Program-made: the position numbers and the translations under genes | The notes under the pieces: generated by a model | The model's database searches: none | What the model was told of the DNA's origin: nothing | The model's input: the letters and a program-made list of their open reading frames with translations, nothing else | Source of the DNA: Variovorax sp. | Lineage (GTDB): Bacteria; Pseudomonadota; Gammaproteobacteria; Burkholderiales; Burkholderiaceae_C | Direction: 5' to 3' | DNA length: 64,000 nucleotides | Assembly: GCA_017744285.1 (NCBI GenBank) | Contig: JAGIBP010000017.1 | Span: 5,634 to 69,633, forward strand | Shown: one piece after another, positions 38,112 through 49,937 of the stretch | How positions within the stretch are numbered: the first letter of the stretch is position 1 | Layout of the letters: the number at the start of each line of letters is the position of its first letter

Positions 38112-38705
38112 ATGACCACCCTCCATCGCCCCCGCAAGCCCGCCCCGGCGCCCGCGATGCGCTATGCCACCGAGGCCACCGCGACCGTCGCCGTGGCAGC
38201 CGAGGACGCCGCCGCCTATGGCCAGGCCGCCCGGTTCCAGCGCGTGTTCGAATCGGCCTACGGCACGGATGCGCAGCGCGAGCTCTGGGTGTCCTTCTCG
38301 GGCAAGAAGAAGCCCTCGCGCGGCCCGCTGCTGTTCGATCGCGGGCAGGCCGCCGAACTCGCCGGGCATCCGGTGCCCGCCCGCGTCATCGACGAGTGGT
38401 TCGCCGCTTCCGGGCTCGAGCGCCGGAAAGACCTGCAGATCGCGCTCAACCTCACGCCCTCGATGCTCTCGCGCAAGGGCGGCGGCGACAAGGAACTCGA
38501 CCCCAGCGTGACCGAGCGCATGCTGCGCCACTCCGACCTGCTGGTGCGTGCCGCGGAGGTCTTCGGCGAGGACGGCCCGGCCTGGATGACCCGGCCGCAT
38601 CCCCTGCTCGACGGCAAGACGCCGCTCGAATTCGCCTCCAACGAATTCGGCGCCGAGCGGGTCCGCGAGATCCTCACCGCGATCGAGTACGGGGGCGCCG
38701 TTTGA
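38112..38705 (+). CDS. Xre/MbcA/ParS-type antitoxin
   Basis: HTH-like segment plus WMTRPHPLLDGKTPL...GAERV..IL..IEYG tail. Confidence 0.88.
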   Translation: MTTLHRPRKPAPAPAMRYATEATATVAVAAEDAAAYGQAARFQRVFESAYGTDAQRELWVSFSGKKKPSRGPLLFDRGQAAELAGHPVPARVIDEWFAASGLERRKDLQIALNLTPSMLSRKGGGDKELDPSVTERMLRHSDLLVRAAEVFGEDGPAWMTRPHPLLDGKTPLEFASNEFGAERVREILTAIEYGGAV

Positions 38706-39172
38706 CGCGTCCGGTCTGGCGCATCGCAAGCACCAAGAGCCTCACGCTCGACACGATGTGGATCGGTTCCACGTTCGCGGCCGGGCGCTGGCACCCGATG
38801 CCGCCCACGGGCAAGCCCGTGGTCTATGCGGGTTCGAGCCGCTCGATCTGCCAGCTCGAAAAGCGCGTGCACAGCAATGGCATCGCACCGAAGAACATGG
38901 CGCTGATGCGGCTGGACCTGCCGGCGCAGGCGCAGTTCGACGAACTCACGCTCTCCGATCTCCCGCAGGACTGGGCCAGGAACCAGGCCATGACACAGGG
39001 GCTCGGCCTTCGATGGCGCAACGCCGGCCGCACGCTGGGGCTGTGGGTGCCTTCGGTCGTCGAGCCGGGGGACCGCAACCTCGTCATCAATCCCGATCAT
39101 CCGCACTACGCCCGCATCGCCGTGGCGGTCGAACGCAACCCCTTCGTCTTCGATCCGCGGATGTTCAACTAG
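38702..39172 (+). CDS. RES-domain toxin (NAD+-consuming family)
   Basis: WRI, GRWH, VVYAG, LEKRVH, VPS, NLVINPDHP; TTG overlaps antitoxin stop. Confidence 0.88.
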   Translation: MTRPVWRIASTKSLTLDTMWIGSTFAAGRWHPMPPTGKPVVYAGSSRSICQLEKRVHSNGIAPKNMALMRLDLPAQAQFDELTLSDLPQDWARNQAMTQGLGLRWRNAGRTLGLWVPSVVEPGDRNLVINPDHPHYARIAVAVERNPFVFDPRMFN

Positions 39173-41150
39173 GGGCTGCCGACGCCCCGGAGTCTGCTTC
39201 GATCTCGGCCACGACCCGGTTCGCGACGACCTGCTCGCCGGTCGCCACGTGCACCACGGCCAGCGTGCCGCTCACCGGCGCGGTGTGGACCTGCTCCATC
39301 TTCATCGCCTCCAGCGTGACGATCGGCTGGCCCGCCTGCACCTGCTGGCCCACGCTGGCCAGCACCGCCACGACGCGGCCATTCATCGAGGCGCGCAACT
39401 TGCCGTCGCCGCCGCCCTCCCCCGGGAGCGCGGACGCGGCCAGGGTCGTGTCCTCGATGCGCAGCGCCAGGCCGCGGTACTGCACGTGCAGCGTCGTGCC
39501 GTGGCGGTGCCAGGCGGCGCTTTCCAGCACGCCCTCGCAGACGAAGCGCGCCGCATCGTCCGCGAGGGCCATGAGCTCGATGGCGGAACGCCGGCCATCG
39601 ATCGTGACCTCGAACTGCCTCGGGTCGACCTGCACGACGCTCGCGTGGTGCAGGGTGCCGCCCAGCTCGAAACGCAGCGAGGCCGGCAGGTTGCGGAGCA
39701 TGCGCCGCCCTGCCGGGTGCGCGAGCCGCTCGCCCGGCGTTTCGTGCAGCAGCACCGCGGCGAGGGCCGCCGCCCTGTCGCGCGCCGGCGTGTCGGGCGC
39801 GAGCAAGTCCTCCCGGTGCTGTCCGATGAACGCGGTCGTGGCGGCGCCGGCGGCGAAGACCGGGTGCAGCAGGCAACGGCGCAGGAAGGCCTGGTTGGTC
39901 GTCACGCCGAGCGCGACCGCGTCCTCCAGGCCGGATGCGAGCTTGCGAAGCGCCTCCTCGCGGTTGCGCCCGTGGCTCACGAGCTTCGCGACCATCGAGT
40001 CGTAGAAGGGCGGCACCTCGCTGCCCGAGCACAGCGCGTCTTCCACGCGCAGCCGCGCGGGCATCTTCCAGAGCGCCATGCGGCCGCTCTGCGGCATGAA
40101 GCCCTGGTCCGCGTCCTCGGCGCACAGCCGCACTTCGATGGCATGGCCCGAGAAGCGGACGTCTTCCTGCGCCATGGGCAGCGGCTCGCCGGCCGCGACG
40201 CGCAACTGCAGTTCCACGAGGTCGAGCCCGGTGATCGCCTCGGTCACCGGATGCTCCACCTGCAGGCGCGTGTTCATTTCCATGAAGTAGAAGCGGCCCT
40301 GGCGGTCGAGCAGGAATTCGAGCGTGCCCGCGCCCTCGTAGCGGATGGCCCGGGTCGCCGCGACGGCGGTCGCGCCCATGCGGGCGCGCAGCTCGGCATC
40401 GACCGCGGGCGAAGGCGCTTCCTCGATGAGCTTCTGGTGCCGCCGCTGCACCGAGCAGTCGCGCTCGCCGAGGTGGACCACCTGGCCGTGGCGGTCCGCG
40501 AAGACCTGGATCTCGATGTGGCGCGGCGCCACGATCGCGCGCTCGAGGATCACCTCGGGATCGCCGAAGGCGCTCTGCGCTTCGGAACGCGCGCTGTGCA
40601 GCAGGCCGGGAAACTCGCTGGCCGAGGGCACGAGCCGCATGCCGCGGCCGCCGCCACCGGCCGTGGCCTTGATCATCACCGGGTAGCCGATGCGCGCGGC
40701 CTCCCGGGCGAGGCGCGCCTCGCTCTGGTCCTGGCCCTGGTAGCCCGGGACGCAGGGCACGCCGGCTGCTTCCATCAGCTGCTTGGCGCCAGACTTGCGG
40801 CCCATGGCGCGAATGGCCTCGGGCGAGGGGCCGACGAAGACAAGCCCCGCATCCCGGCAGGCCTGCGCGAAGTCCGCGTTCTCGGCCAGGAAGCCGTAGC
40901 CCGGATGCACGGCATCGGCGCCGCTGCGTCCGGCCGCTTCGATGATGGCGTCGATGCGCAGGTACGACGGCGCCGGCAGCGGCTCGCCGATGCACACGGC
41001 CTGATCGGCTTCTCGGACATGGCGCGCGCCGGCATCGGCGGTGGAGTACACGGCCACCGTGCGCAACCCGAGCGCGCGGGCGCTGCGGATCACGCGCAGC
41101 GCGATCTCGCCGCGATTGGCGATCAGGACCTTGTTGAAAGGCGTCTGCAT
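39165..41150 (-). CDS. Biotin-dependent acyl-CoA carboxylase alpha subunit (AtuF/LiuD-like)
   Basis: IANRGEIA, HPGYGFLAE, GGGGRGM, MNTRLQVEHP, EAMKM. Confidence 0.93.
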   Translation of the reverse strand: MQTPFNKVLIANRGEIALRVIRSARALGLRTVAVYSTADAGARHVREADQAVCIGEPLPAPSYLRIDAIIEAAGRSGADAVHPGYGFLAENADFAQACRDAGLVFVGPSPEAIRAMGRKSGAKQLMEAAGVPCVPGYQGQDQSEARLAREAARIGYPVMIKATAGGGGRGMRLVPSASEFPGLLHSARSEAQSAFGDPEVILERAIVAPRHIEIQVFADRHGQVVHLGERDCSVQRRHQKLIEEAPSPAVDAELRARMGATAVAATRAIRYEGAGTLEFLLDRQGRFYFMEMNTRLQVEHPVTEAITGLDLVELQLRVAAGEPLPMAQEDVRFSGHAIEVRLCAEDADQGFMPQSGRMALWKMPARLRVEDALCSGSEVPPFYDSMVAKLVSHGRNREEALRKLASGLEDAVALGVTTNQAFLRRCLLHPVFAAGAATTAFIGQHREDLLAPDTPARDRAAALAAVLLHETPGERLAHPAGRRMLRNLPASLRFELGGTLHHASVVQVDPRQFEVTIDGRRSAIELMALADDAARFVCEGVLESAAWHRHGTTLHVQYRGLALRIEDTTLAASALPGEGGGDGKLRASMNGRVVAVLASVGQQVQAGQPIVTLEAMKMEQVHTAPVSGTLAVVHVATGEQVVANRVVAEIEADSGASAAPS

Positions 41151-41173
41151 GGGCCTCGTCTCCGCCTGCGTGC

Positions 41174-42796
41174 TCAAGGACGCGCCACCGAGAACTGCAT
41201 CTTCTGCGGCTCGCGTCGCTCGGCGTCGCGGCAGATCGACAGCACCTCGGCGAGCACGGCGCGCGTGTCGCGCGGGTCGATCACGCCATCGTCGAGCACC
41301 CGCGCGCTGGTGGTGAAGACGCTCATCTGGCTGTCGAAGCGCTCGATGATGCGGCGCTCCATCTCCCGCAGCTTCTCGCGGTCGACCTCGCCGCCCTTGC
41401 GTTTCATGGCGGCCTCGGTCACGTCGGCCATGGTCCGCGCGGCCTGCTCGCCCCCCATCACCGCTGTCTTGGCGTTGGGCCAGGAGAAGCAAAAGCGCGG
41501 ATGGAAGCCACGGCCGCACATGCCGTAGTTGCCCGCGCCGAAGGACGCGCCGCAATAGATCGTGATCTGCGGCACCGTGGCGTTGGTGACCGCCTGAATC
41601 ATCTTCGAGCCGTGCTTGATCATGCCCGCCTCCTCGTAGGCCTTGCCCACCAGGAAGCCGGTGGTGTTGTTGAGGTAGAGGATCGGCGTCCTGGCCTGGC
41701 AGCAGGCCTGGACGAAATGCGTGGCCTTGGTCGCGCCGGCCACATCGATCGGGCCGTTGTTGGTGATGACGCCCAGCGGGAGCCCTTCGATCTTCATGTG
41801 GCCGCACACGGTTGCGCTGCCATAGTTCTCGCCGAATTCGAGGAACTCGGAATCGTCGGCGACGCGCGCGATCACCTGCTTCATGTCGACAGCGCGCCGG
41901 GGGTCCATGGGCATGATGCCCAGCAGTTCCTCGGTGTCGTAGCGCGGCGGCTCGAAGCGGCGCGGCGGCTCGGGCGGCATGTCGCGGTTCCAGTCGATGT
42001 GCGAGAGGATCTCGCGCGCGATCCGGATCGCGTCGCGGTCGTCCTCCGCGAGATAGTCGCCCAGGCCGGAGATCGAGGTGTGCATCACCGCGCCGCCGAG
42101 CTCTTCCTCGGTCGCGACCTCGCCCGTGGCGGCCTTGAGCAGCGGCGGCCCCGCGAGGAAGGCCCGCGAGCGGCCGCGCACCATCACGATGTAGTCCGAC
42201 AGGCCCGTCTGGTAGGCACCGCCGGCGGTCGAGGAGCCATGCGTGACGGTGATCACCGGCAGCCCTGCGGCCGACATGCGCGCGAGGTTGCGAAACAGGC
42301 TGCCGCCAGTCACGAACTCCTCGACCTGGTACGTCATGAGGTTGGCGCCCGCGCTTTCCACCAGTTGCACATAGGGCAGCTTGTTCTCGAGCGCCAGCGC
42401 CTGCAGGCGCATCTGCTTCGGGATGCCCATGGGCTGCAGCGCGCCGGCGTCGATCCCGGAGTCGGAGGCGTTGACCATCACGCGCACGCCCGAGACCCAG
42501 CCGATGCCGCCGATGACGCCGCCGCCCGGCACGCTCCTGTCGAGGTCGGGGTGGTCCAGCCCGAGGCCGGCGAGCGAGGAAATCTCGAGGAACGGCGTGC
42601 CCGGATCGAGCAGCAGCGACAGGCGCTCGCGCGGCAGCAGCTGGCCCCGCTTTTCGAAGCGCTCGCGCGACTTGGCCGACGTGGCGAGGGTGCGCCGCTC
42701 GTAGCCGCGCACGCGCTCGATCAGCGCCAGCATGCCGTCGCGATGCGCCTTGAACGTCTCGCTGCCTCGGGAAATGGTCGATTCGATGGTGGCCAT
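41174..42796 (-). CDS. Acyl-CoA carboxylase carboxyltransferase subunit (AtuC-like)
   Basis: QLLPRER, VESAGANL, STAGGAY, SFGAGNYGMCGR, DDGVIDPRDTR. Confidence 0.92.
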   Translation of the reverse strand: MATIESTISRGSETFKAHRDGMLALIERVRGYERRTLATSAKSRERFEKRGQLLPRERLSLLLDPGTPFLEISSLAGLGLDHPDLDRSVPGGGVIGGIGWVSGVRVMVNASDSGIDAGALQPMGIPKQMRLQALALENKLPYVQLVESAGANLMTYQVEEFVTGGSLFRNLARMSAAGLPVITVTHGSSTAGGAYQTGLSDYIVMVRGRSRAFLAGPPLLKAATGEVATEEELGGAVMHTSISGLGDYLAEDDRDAIRIAREILSHIDWNRDMPPEPPRRFEPPRYDTEELLGIMPMDPRRAVDMKQVIARVADDSEFLEFGENYGSATVCGHMKIEGLPLGVITNNGPIDVAGATKATHFVQACCQARTPILYLNNTTGFLVGKAYEEAGMIKHGSKMIQAVTNATVPQITIYCGASFGAGNYGMCGRGFHPRFCFSWPNAKTAVMGGEQAARTMADVTEAAMKRKGGEVDREKLREMERRIIERFDSQMSVFTTSARVLDDGVIDPRDTRAVLAEVLSICRDAERREPQKMQFSVARP

Positions 42797-42898
42797 GGGT
42801 GCTCCGCCTGCCTCGAGAGGCCCGGTTGCCGCGCCGCGAACGGCGTGATTTCGCAAGGAGGCTAGCCGCGGACGAGCGGAGGGTCTTGCGCGGAGTGG

Positions 42899-43471
42899 CT
42901 AGGCGGACGGATCCGCGGCGTCGGCCGCCTGCCCGTTCGGCCGATACCAGCGCGGATAGAAGGCGGCCACCTGCGGCCCGTCGGTGGCGAGCGCGTGGCA
43001 GCCGTCGAGCTGGAAGGGTTTCTGGGTGTCCGATACCGCAAGGTTGTCGCCCGCCAGCGTCTGGAGCACGCCGGTGCCCATGGTGCGCAGCAGCTCCGAC
43101 ATGTGGGTGCAGCCGCGGATGCCGCCGAAGAGCCGCGCGGCCTGGCGGCTGAAGCCCGGTCCGATGCGCAGCCCGATCAGTTGCGCATAGTCCGGCGCGA
43201 TGGCCCCGCAGACGGCGGGAAACGGGCCGGCATCGGTCGCCGCCACCGCATCGACGATCAGCGCCGTCGCGTCGACCGTGAGGCGCAGCCACATCGAATG
43301 CATCGCCTCGCCGCCCTCGCGCTCGCCGCCGGGGAAGACGAAATGCGCATCGCGCACGTCGCGCAGATGGCCCTCGACGTCCCAGAGGCCGTCCTGGCGG
43401 CGATAGCCGCGGATCGCGATGGTGCGCTGTGAGACCGGCGCGCGTTCTGAAGTGGGGGGTGGCAGTGGCAT
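42899..43471 (-). CDS. DUF2889 family protein
   Basis: GYRRQDGLWDVEG, GCTHMSEL, LDGCHA. Confidence 0.85.
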   Translation of the reverse strand: MPLPPPTSERAPVSQRTIAIRGYRRQDGLWDVEGHLRDVRDAHFVFPGGEREGGEAMHSMWLRLTVDATALIVDAVAATDAGPFPAVCGAIAPDYAQLIGLRIGPGFSRQAARLFGGIRGCTHMSELLRTMGTGVLQTLAGDNLAVSDTQKPFQLDGCHALATDGPQVAAFYPRWYRPNGQAADAADPSA

Positions 43472-43548
43472 GGCAGGCCGTCGATCATGCCCGAGCGCAC
43501 ATGGGCGCGTCCTGCGACGGCGGGTTGACCCTTTGCCGCGATTTGGCG

Positions 43549-44676
43549 TCATCGGCGTGATCGCCGCTCAGGGCGCTGGCGCCCCGCCGAAACGCGCCGA
43601 CGGGTGGCGGGCCGCTGTCGTCGCAGGAAGACAAGGAGCCGCTGCTCCGCCGCGCGCAGCCCGCGGCTGGGGCGCACACGGGCGGCGATCTCCGTCCAGA
43701 ACGACTCCTGGCCGCCCTGCGGTGCGCTCCACGACGTGGCGAGCGCCAGCACGGCCGGATGGACATAGGCCTTCCTGCACACGGCAGGCGTGTTGCCCAG
43801 GCGCTGCGCCACCGCCTCCAGGATCGCGGTCGTCCTCGGCCCCGCCGCTTCGGCGCCCGCGCCCTCGCAGGCCAGGCGCAGCGACTCGAGCGCCAGCACG
43901 GTGCCGTGCCAGGTCCGGAAGTCCTTCGCGGTGAAGGCCTGACCCGAGATCTCGCGCAGGTAGTCGTTGACGTCGGTCGAGGACACCGCGCGCGGCAAGC
44001 CCTCGGCGTCCTCGTACTGGAACAGCTCCTGCCCGGGCAACTGCTGGCAGCGCCGCACGATGCGTGCGACGCGCGGATCGTCCACCCGCGCCTGGTGCAC
44101 CACCCCGCCCTTGCCGCGGAACCGCAACACCAGCGAATCGCCGCGAACGTCCGCGTGCCGGTTGCGCAAGGTGGTGAGGCCATAGGAGCCGTTGCTGCGC
44201 GCATATTCCTCGTTGCCCACGCGCAAGAACGTCACGTCGAGCAGGCGCACCAGCGCCGCCAACAAGGCATTGCGCGCCACCCCGCCCTCGCGCAGGTCGC
44301 GTGCCACGCGGCGGCGTATGCCCGGCAGTGCGCGGCCGAAGGCCTCGAGGCGGTCGAACTTCGTCCCGTCCTTCAGCGCGCGCCACTCCGGGTGATAGCG
44401 GTACTGCTTGCGTCCGCGCGCATCGATTCCCGTGGCCTGCAGGTGCCCGTTGTGCAGCGGGCAGATCCAGACGTCGCTGTAGGCGGGCGGGATGGCCAGC
44501 CGCCGGATGCGGGCGATCTCGTCCGGATTGCGCACCCATGCGCCCTGTGCGGTCCGGTAGCGGAACGTCTGCCCCCAGCGAAAGCGCCGCACTCCCGGCA
44601 TGTCGGCGCTGACGTAGACGAGCCCCCCCGCGCGCGCCGCCGCGGGCGTGACGTCGGGAGTGCGGGCGCTGCTCAT
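43549..44676 (-). CDS. Bacterial DNA topoisomerase IB
   Basis: IPPAY, GRKQYRYH, RVGNEEY, FRGKGG, KDFRTW, LGNTPAVCRKAY. Confidence 0.94.
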   Translation of the reverse strand: MSSARTPDVTPAAARAGGLVYVSADMPGVRRFRWGQTFRYRTAQGAWVRNPDEIARIRRLAIPPAYSDVWICPLHNGHLQATGIDARGRKQYRYHPEWRALKDGTKFDRLEAFGRALPGIRRRVARDLREGGVARNALLAALVRLLDVTFLRVGNEEYARSNGSYGLTTLRNRHADVRGDSLVLRFRGKGGVVHQARVDDPRVARIVRRCQQLPGQELFQYEDAEGLPRAVSSTDVNDYLREISGQAFTAKDFRTWHGTVLALESLRLACEGAGAEAAGPRTTAILEAVAQRLGNTPAVCRKAYVHPAVLALATSWSAPQGGQESFWTEIAARVRPSRGLRAAEQRLLVFLRRQRPATRRRVSAGRQRPERRSRR

Positions 44677-44777
44677 GGTGCGGATCCTCTGCTGGAAGGC
44701 GCACTCACCTTCGCCCGCGGTGCCCGATTTCGCACGCAGGCGAAGCCATCAAGCGATGTCGGTCATTTCCTGCGCGC

Positions 44778-44806
44778 AAAAAAAAGCCACCTGCGAGAGG
44801 TGGCTT
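44778..44806 (-). terminator. Intrinsic terminator after guaA
   Basis: AAGCCACCT-GCGAG-AGGTGGCTT hairpin followed by a T-run on the minus strand. Confidence 0.88.
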
Positions 44807-44815
44807 CGACGGGGA

Positions 44816-46429
<1,614 letters not shown>

Positions 46430-46442
46430 GGTGGTGTGCCGA

Positions 46443-47912
46443 TCACTCCGCGCGGTAGTTGGGCGCTTCCTTGGTGATCTGCACGTCGTGGACGTGGCTC
46501 TCGCGGATGCCGGCGGCCGTGATCTCGACGAACTCGGCCTTGTTCTTCATGTCCTCGATCGTCGCGCAGCCGCAGTAGCCCATGCTGGCGCGCAGCCCCC
46601 CGGACATCTGGTAGACGATCGACACCATCGAGCCCTTGTAGGGCACGCGGCCCTCGATGCCCTCGGGCACCAGCTTGTCGGCGTTCGGATTGCCGGTGGT
46701 CGATTCCTGGAAGTAGCGGTCGGCGCTGCCCTGCTGCATCGCGCCGATGGAGCCCATGCCGCGGTAGCTCTTGTAGCTGCGGCCCTGGTACAGCACGATC
46801 TCGCCGGGCGCCTCCTCGGTGCCCGCGAACATGCCGCCCATCATCACGGTGCTGGCGCCGGCAGCGATGGCCTTGGCAATGTCGCCCGAGTAGCGGATCC
46901 CGCCGTCGGCGATCAGCGGCACGCCGCTGCCTTGCAGCGCGGTCGCGACGTTGTCGATGGCCATGATCTGCGGCACGCCCACGCCGGCGACGATCCGCGT
47001 CGTGCAGATGGACCCGGGGCCGATCCCGACCTTGACCGCGTCGGCGCCCGCCTCGGCCAGCGCGCGGGCCGCGTCGCCGGTCGCGATGTTGCCGCCGATC
47101 ACGTCCACCTGCGGGTAGTTCTTCTTGACCCAGCGCACGCGCTCGATCACGCCGGCACTGTGGCCGTGCGCGGTGTCGACCACGATCGCATCCACGCCGG
47201 CCTTGACGAGCAGTTCGACGCGCTCCTCGGTGCCCTCGCCCACGCCCACCGCCGCGCCCACGCGCAGCCGGCCGCTGGCATCGCGCGCTGCGTTGGGGAA
47301 GCTGGTCTGCTTGGTGATGTCCTTGACGGTGATGAGGCCCTTGAGCTCCCACGCGTCGTTGATGACCAGCAGCCGTTCGAGCTTGTGCTTGTTGAGCAGC
47401 GCCTTGGCGTCGGCCAGCGTGGTGCCGTCGGGCACGGTGATGAGCCGGTCGCGCCGCGTCATGATCTCGCTGACCGGCACGTCGTAGCGGGTCTCGAAGC
47501 GCAGGTCGCGGCCGGTCACGATGCCGACCACCTTGCCGCCATCCACGACCGGGAAGCCCGAGATGCCGAGGTCTTCCGAGAGCTGCATGACCTGCAGGAC
47601 GGTATGTGTCGGCGTGATCACGACCGGGTCGCGCAGCACGCCCGATTCGTAGCGCTTCACCTTGGCGACCTGCGCGGCCTGTTCCGCGGCGGTCAGGTTT
47701 TTGTGGACGATGCCGATGCCGCCCTCCTGCGCCATCGCGATCGCGAGGCGTGCTTCGGTCACGGTGTCCATGGCCGCCGAGACCAGGGGCAGATTCAGCG
47801 TGATGTTCCGGGAGAAGCGGGTGGCGAGGGAAGTGTCCTTGGGAAGGACCTGGGAGTACGCTGGCACCAGCAACACATCGTCGAAGGTGAGCGCTTTGCC
47901 GAGAAGGCGCAT
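46443..47912 (-). CDS. guaB: IMP dehydrogenase
   Basis: [28 protein letters not shown] domains. Confidence 0.98.
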   Translation of the reverse strand: MRLLGKALTFDDVLLVPAYSQVLPKDTSLATRFSRNITLNLPLVSAAMDTVTEARLAIAMAQEGGIGIVHKNLTAAEQAAQVAKVKRYESGVLRDPVVITPTHTVLQVMQLSEDLGISGFPVVDGGKVVGIVTGRDLRFETRYDVPVSEIMTRRDRLITVPDGTTLADAKALLNKHKLERLLVINDAWELKGLITVKDITKQTSFPNAARDASGRLRVGAAVGVGEGTEERVELLVKAGVDAIVVDTAHGHSAGVIERVRWVKKNYPQVDVIGGNIATGDAARALAEAGADAVKVGIGPGSICTTRIVAGVGVPQIMAIDNVATALQGSGVPLIADGGIRYSGDIAKAIAAGASTVMMGGMFAGTEEAPGEIVLYQGRSYKSYRGMGSIGAMQQGSADRYFQESTTGNPNADKLVPEGIEGRVPYKGSMVSIVYQMSGGLRASMGYCGCATIEDMKNKAEFVEITAAGIRESHVHDVQITKEAPNYRAE

Positions 47913-48012
47913 GGGTGAGGCTCCAAAAGAAGGATTGTAACGATGACGTGGGGCCTTCCGAAGCCATGGGGGCTTGCGGCACGGCGCATCCCGCGGCCGA
48001 TGCCGGCTGTGC

Positions 48013-48028
48013 TGGCCGGAGCGTTGCA
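48013..48028 (+). promoter_or_regulatory. Candidate sigma54 -24/-12 promoter
   Basis: TGGCCGGAGCGTTGCA with GG-N10-GC spacing, upstream of the DUF4124 gene. Confidence 0.4.
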
Positions 48029-48079
48029 AAAACGCCAGCGGTCAGGTTGCAAAACGTAAGGGAAGGCTAAACTGCCAGG

Positions 48080-48592
48080 ATGAAAATCGCGCACCTGCTC
48101 GTCATCGGATCGGTCTTCCTCCTGCCCCTGGGCGCCCAGGCGCAATGGCAATGGATCGACAAGGACAACAAGAAGGTGTTCAGCGACCAGCCGCCCCCCA
48201 ACGACATCCCCGAGAAGAACATCCTGCGCAAGCCGAACACGGCCAAGCGGCTGAATTTCAGCACGCCGGCGCCCGCCGCAGCGGACGCCGCGGCACCTGC
48301 GGCGGGCGCGTCCGCTCCGGCGGCCAAGCCTTCCGGGGTCGACAAGGAACTCGAGGAAAAGACCCGCAAGGCAGAGGAAGCCGAGAAGGCCAAGCAGGCG
48401 GCCGAGGCCCAGAAGCTCGCCCAGGCCAAGGCGGAGAACTGCGAGCGTGCGCGCGAGGGCAAGGCCACCATGGACAGCGGCATCCGCGTGGCGCGGGTGA
48501 ACGCGAAGGGCGAGCGCGAGATCATGGATGACGCGGCACGCGCCAGCGAGCAGAAGCGCCTCCAGTCGGTGATCGACGCCGACTGCAAGTAG
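48080..48592 (+). CDS. DUF4124 exported protein
   Basis: Signal peptide; WQWIDKD...FSDQPPP. Confidence 0.88.
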   Translation: MKIAHLLVIGSVFLLPLGAQAQWQWIDKDNKKVFSDQPPPNDIPEKNILRKPNTAKRLNFSTPAPAAADAAAPAAGASAPAAKPSGVDKELEEKTRKAEEAEKAKQAAEAQKLAQAKAENCERAREGKATMDSGIRVARVNAKGEREIMDDAARASEQKRLQSVIDADCK

Positions 48593-48603
48593 CCTGGCGC
48601 GGG

Positions 48604-48936
48604 TCAGTACCCGGCCTTGCCGCCCTTGCGGCGGCGGGCGAAGAGCCCCGCCCCGCGCGCACCCTGCTGCTTGAAGCGCTCGCGCCGCGCCACCTTGGGA
48701 TCGACCTGAAGCGGGCGGCACAGCTCGATGCGATCACCGTTCGCCACCGCCTGGGTCCATTCGGCCGCCCTGCCCCAGATCCCGGGCGTCGCGGCCTGCC
48801 AGTCGAATGCCGGGCAGGCGGCCGCGAGGCCGCTCGCCATCACCGCGTCGCGGACCGAGGCGCCTTCAGGGACGCTCACGACCTGCTCGAAGACCTCCCT
48901 GGGGGCCGGCGAACAGACCACCGTCACTTGCAGCAT
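48604..48936 (-). CDS. rnfH: RnfH/RatB family protein
   Basis: GIWG, GDRIELCRPLQVDPK.ARR. Confidence 0.9.
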   Translation of the reverse strand: MLQVTVVCSPAPREVFEQVVSVPEGASVRDAVMASGLAAACPAFDWQAATPGIWGRAAEWTQAVANGDRIELCRPLQVDPKVARRERFKQQGARGAGLFARRRKGGKAGY

Positions 48937-49382
48937 CAGACAGCGCCGTAGACGTGCTCCGCGCGCTTCACGAAGGCTTCGACGAGGTTGGAAGCGATCT
49001 TGTCGAACACCGGACCGACCAGCGCCTGCAGGGCAAAGTTGCTGAACCCGTAGCTCAGGTTGAGTTCGGCGCGGCAGGCGCGTTCGCCCTCTTCTCCCAC
49101 GGGCGTGAATTTCCAGGCGCCGTCGAGATTGGAGAATGGGCCGTCGACCAGCTTCAGGTGTACCTCGCGACCCGGCACATGCGTGTTGCGCGTGGTGAAG
49201 CTCTGATGAAAGCCCTTGAAGGCGAGCCCGACTTCGGCGGTCATGCCGAAATCATCCTGCTCGATGACCTTCGAGCGATCGCACCAGGGCAGGAACTCGG
49301 GATACTTGGCCACGTCGGTGACCAGGGCGTACATCTCATCGGCGCTGTACCAGATGAGGACGGACTTGTGGACTGTTTTCAT
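48936..49382 (-). CDS. ratA: RatA/PasT (Coq10-like START protein)
   Basis: DVAKYPEFLPWC, FTTRN, GPFSNLDGAW. Confidence 0.93.
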   Translation of the reverse strand: MKTVHKSVLIWYSADEMYALVTDVAKYPEFLPWCDRSKVIEQDDFGMTAEVGLAFKGFHQSFTTRNTHVPGREVHLKLVDGPFSNLDGAWKFTPVGEEGERACRAELNLSYGFSNFALQALVGPVFDKIASNLVEAFVKRAEHVYGAV

Positions 49383-49444
49383 AGAATCGGCACAGCGTGC
49401 GCGACGGATTGTATTGAAGCCATGCCGACCTCACTTCACTCACC

Positions 49445-49924
49445 ATGGCCACAAAGAAAAAGCAGGACACCTCTTCCCGGATCGCGGACAACAAGAAAGC
49501 CGCGTACAACTACTTCTTCGAGGAACGCTTCGAAGCCGGCATGGTGCTCGAGGGCTGGGAGGTCAAGTCGCTGCGCGAAGGCAAGGTGCAGCTCACCGAC
49601 GGCTATGTCGTGATCCGCGACGGCGAGCTCTTCGTGATCGGCTGCCAGATCAACCCGCTGCGCTCGGCATCGACGCACATCAACCCCGATTCGGTGCGCA
49701 CCAAGAAGCTGCTCCTGCACAAGGAGCAGATCCGCCGCCTCATCGGCAAGGTCGAGCAGAAGGGCTACACCCTGATCCCGATCAACCTCCATTGGAAGGC
49801 CGGCAAGGTCAAGTGCGAGATCGCGCTCGCCAAGGGCAAGGCCGAACACGACAAGCGCGACACCATCAAGGATCGCGAAGGCAAGCGCGAAGTCGAACGC
49901 GCGATGAAGACCCGCAGCCGCTGA
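49445..49924 (+). CDS. smpB: SsrA-binding protein
   Basis: [22 protein letters not shown]. Confidence 0.97.
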   Translation: MATKKKQDTSSRIADNKKAAYNYFFEERFEAGMVLEGWEVKSLREGKVQLTDGYVVIRDGELFVIGCQINPLRSASTHINPDSVRTKKLLLHKEQIRRLIGKVEQKGYTLIPINLHWKAGKVKCEIALAKGKAEHDKRDTIKDREGKREVERAMKTRSR

Positions 49925-49937
49925 AGGAACCACCGAC

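Noticed and set aside
39165-43292. 1375-aa ORF suggesting a giant fused carboxylase
   Set aside because: Only 41150-39165 is protein-like. The upstream part is an off-frame read of the beta-subunit and DUF2889 genes.
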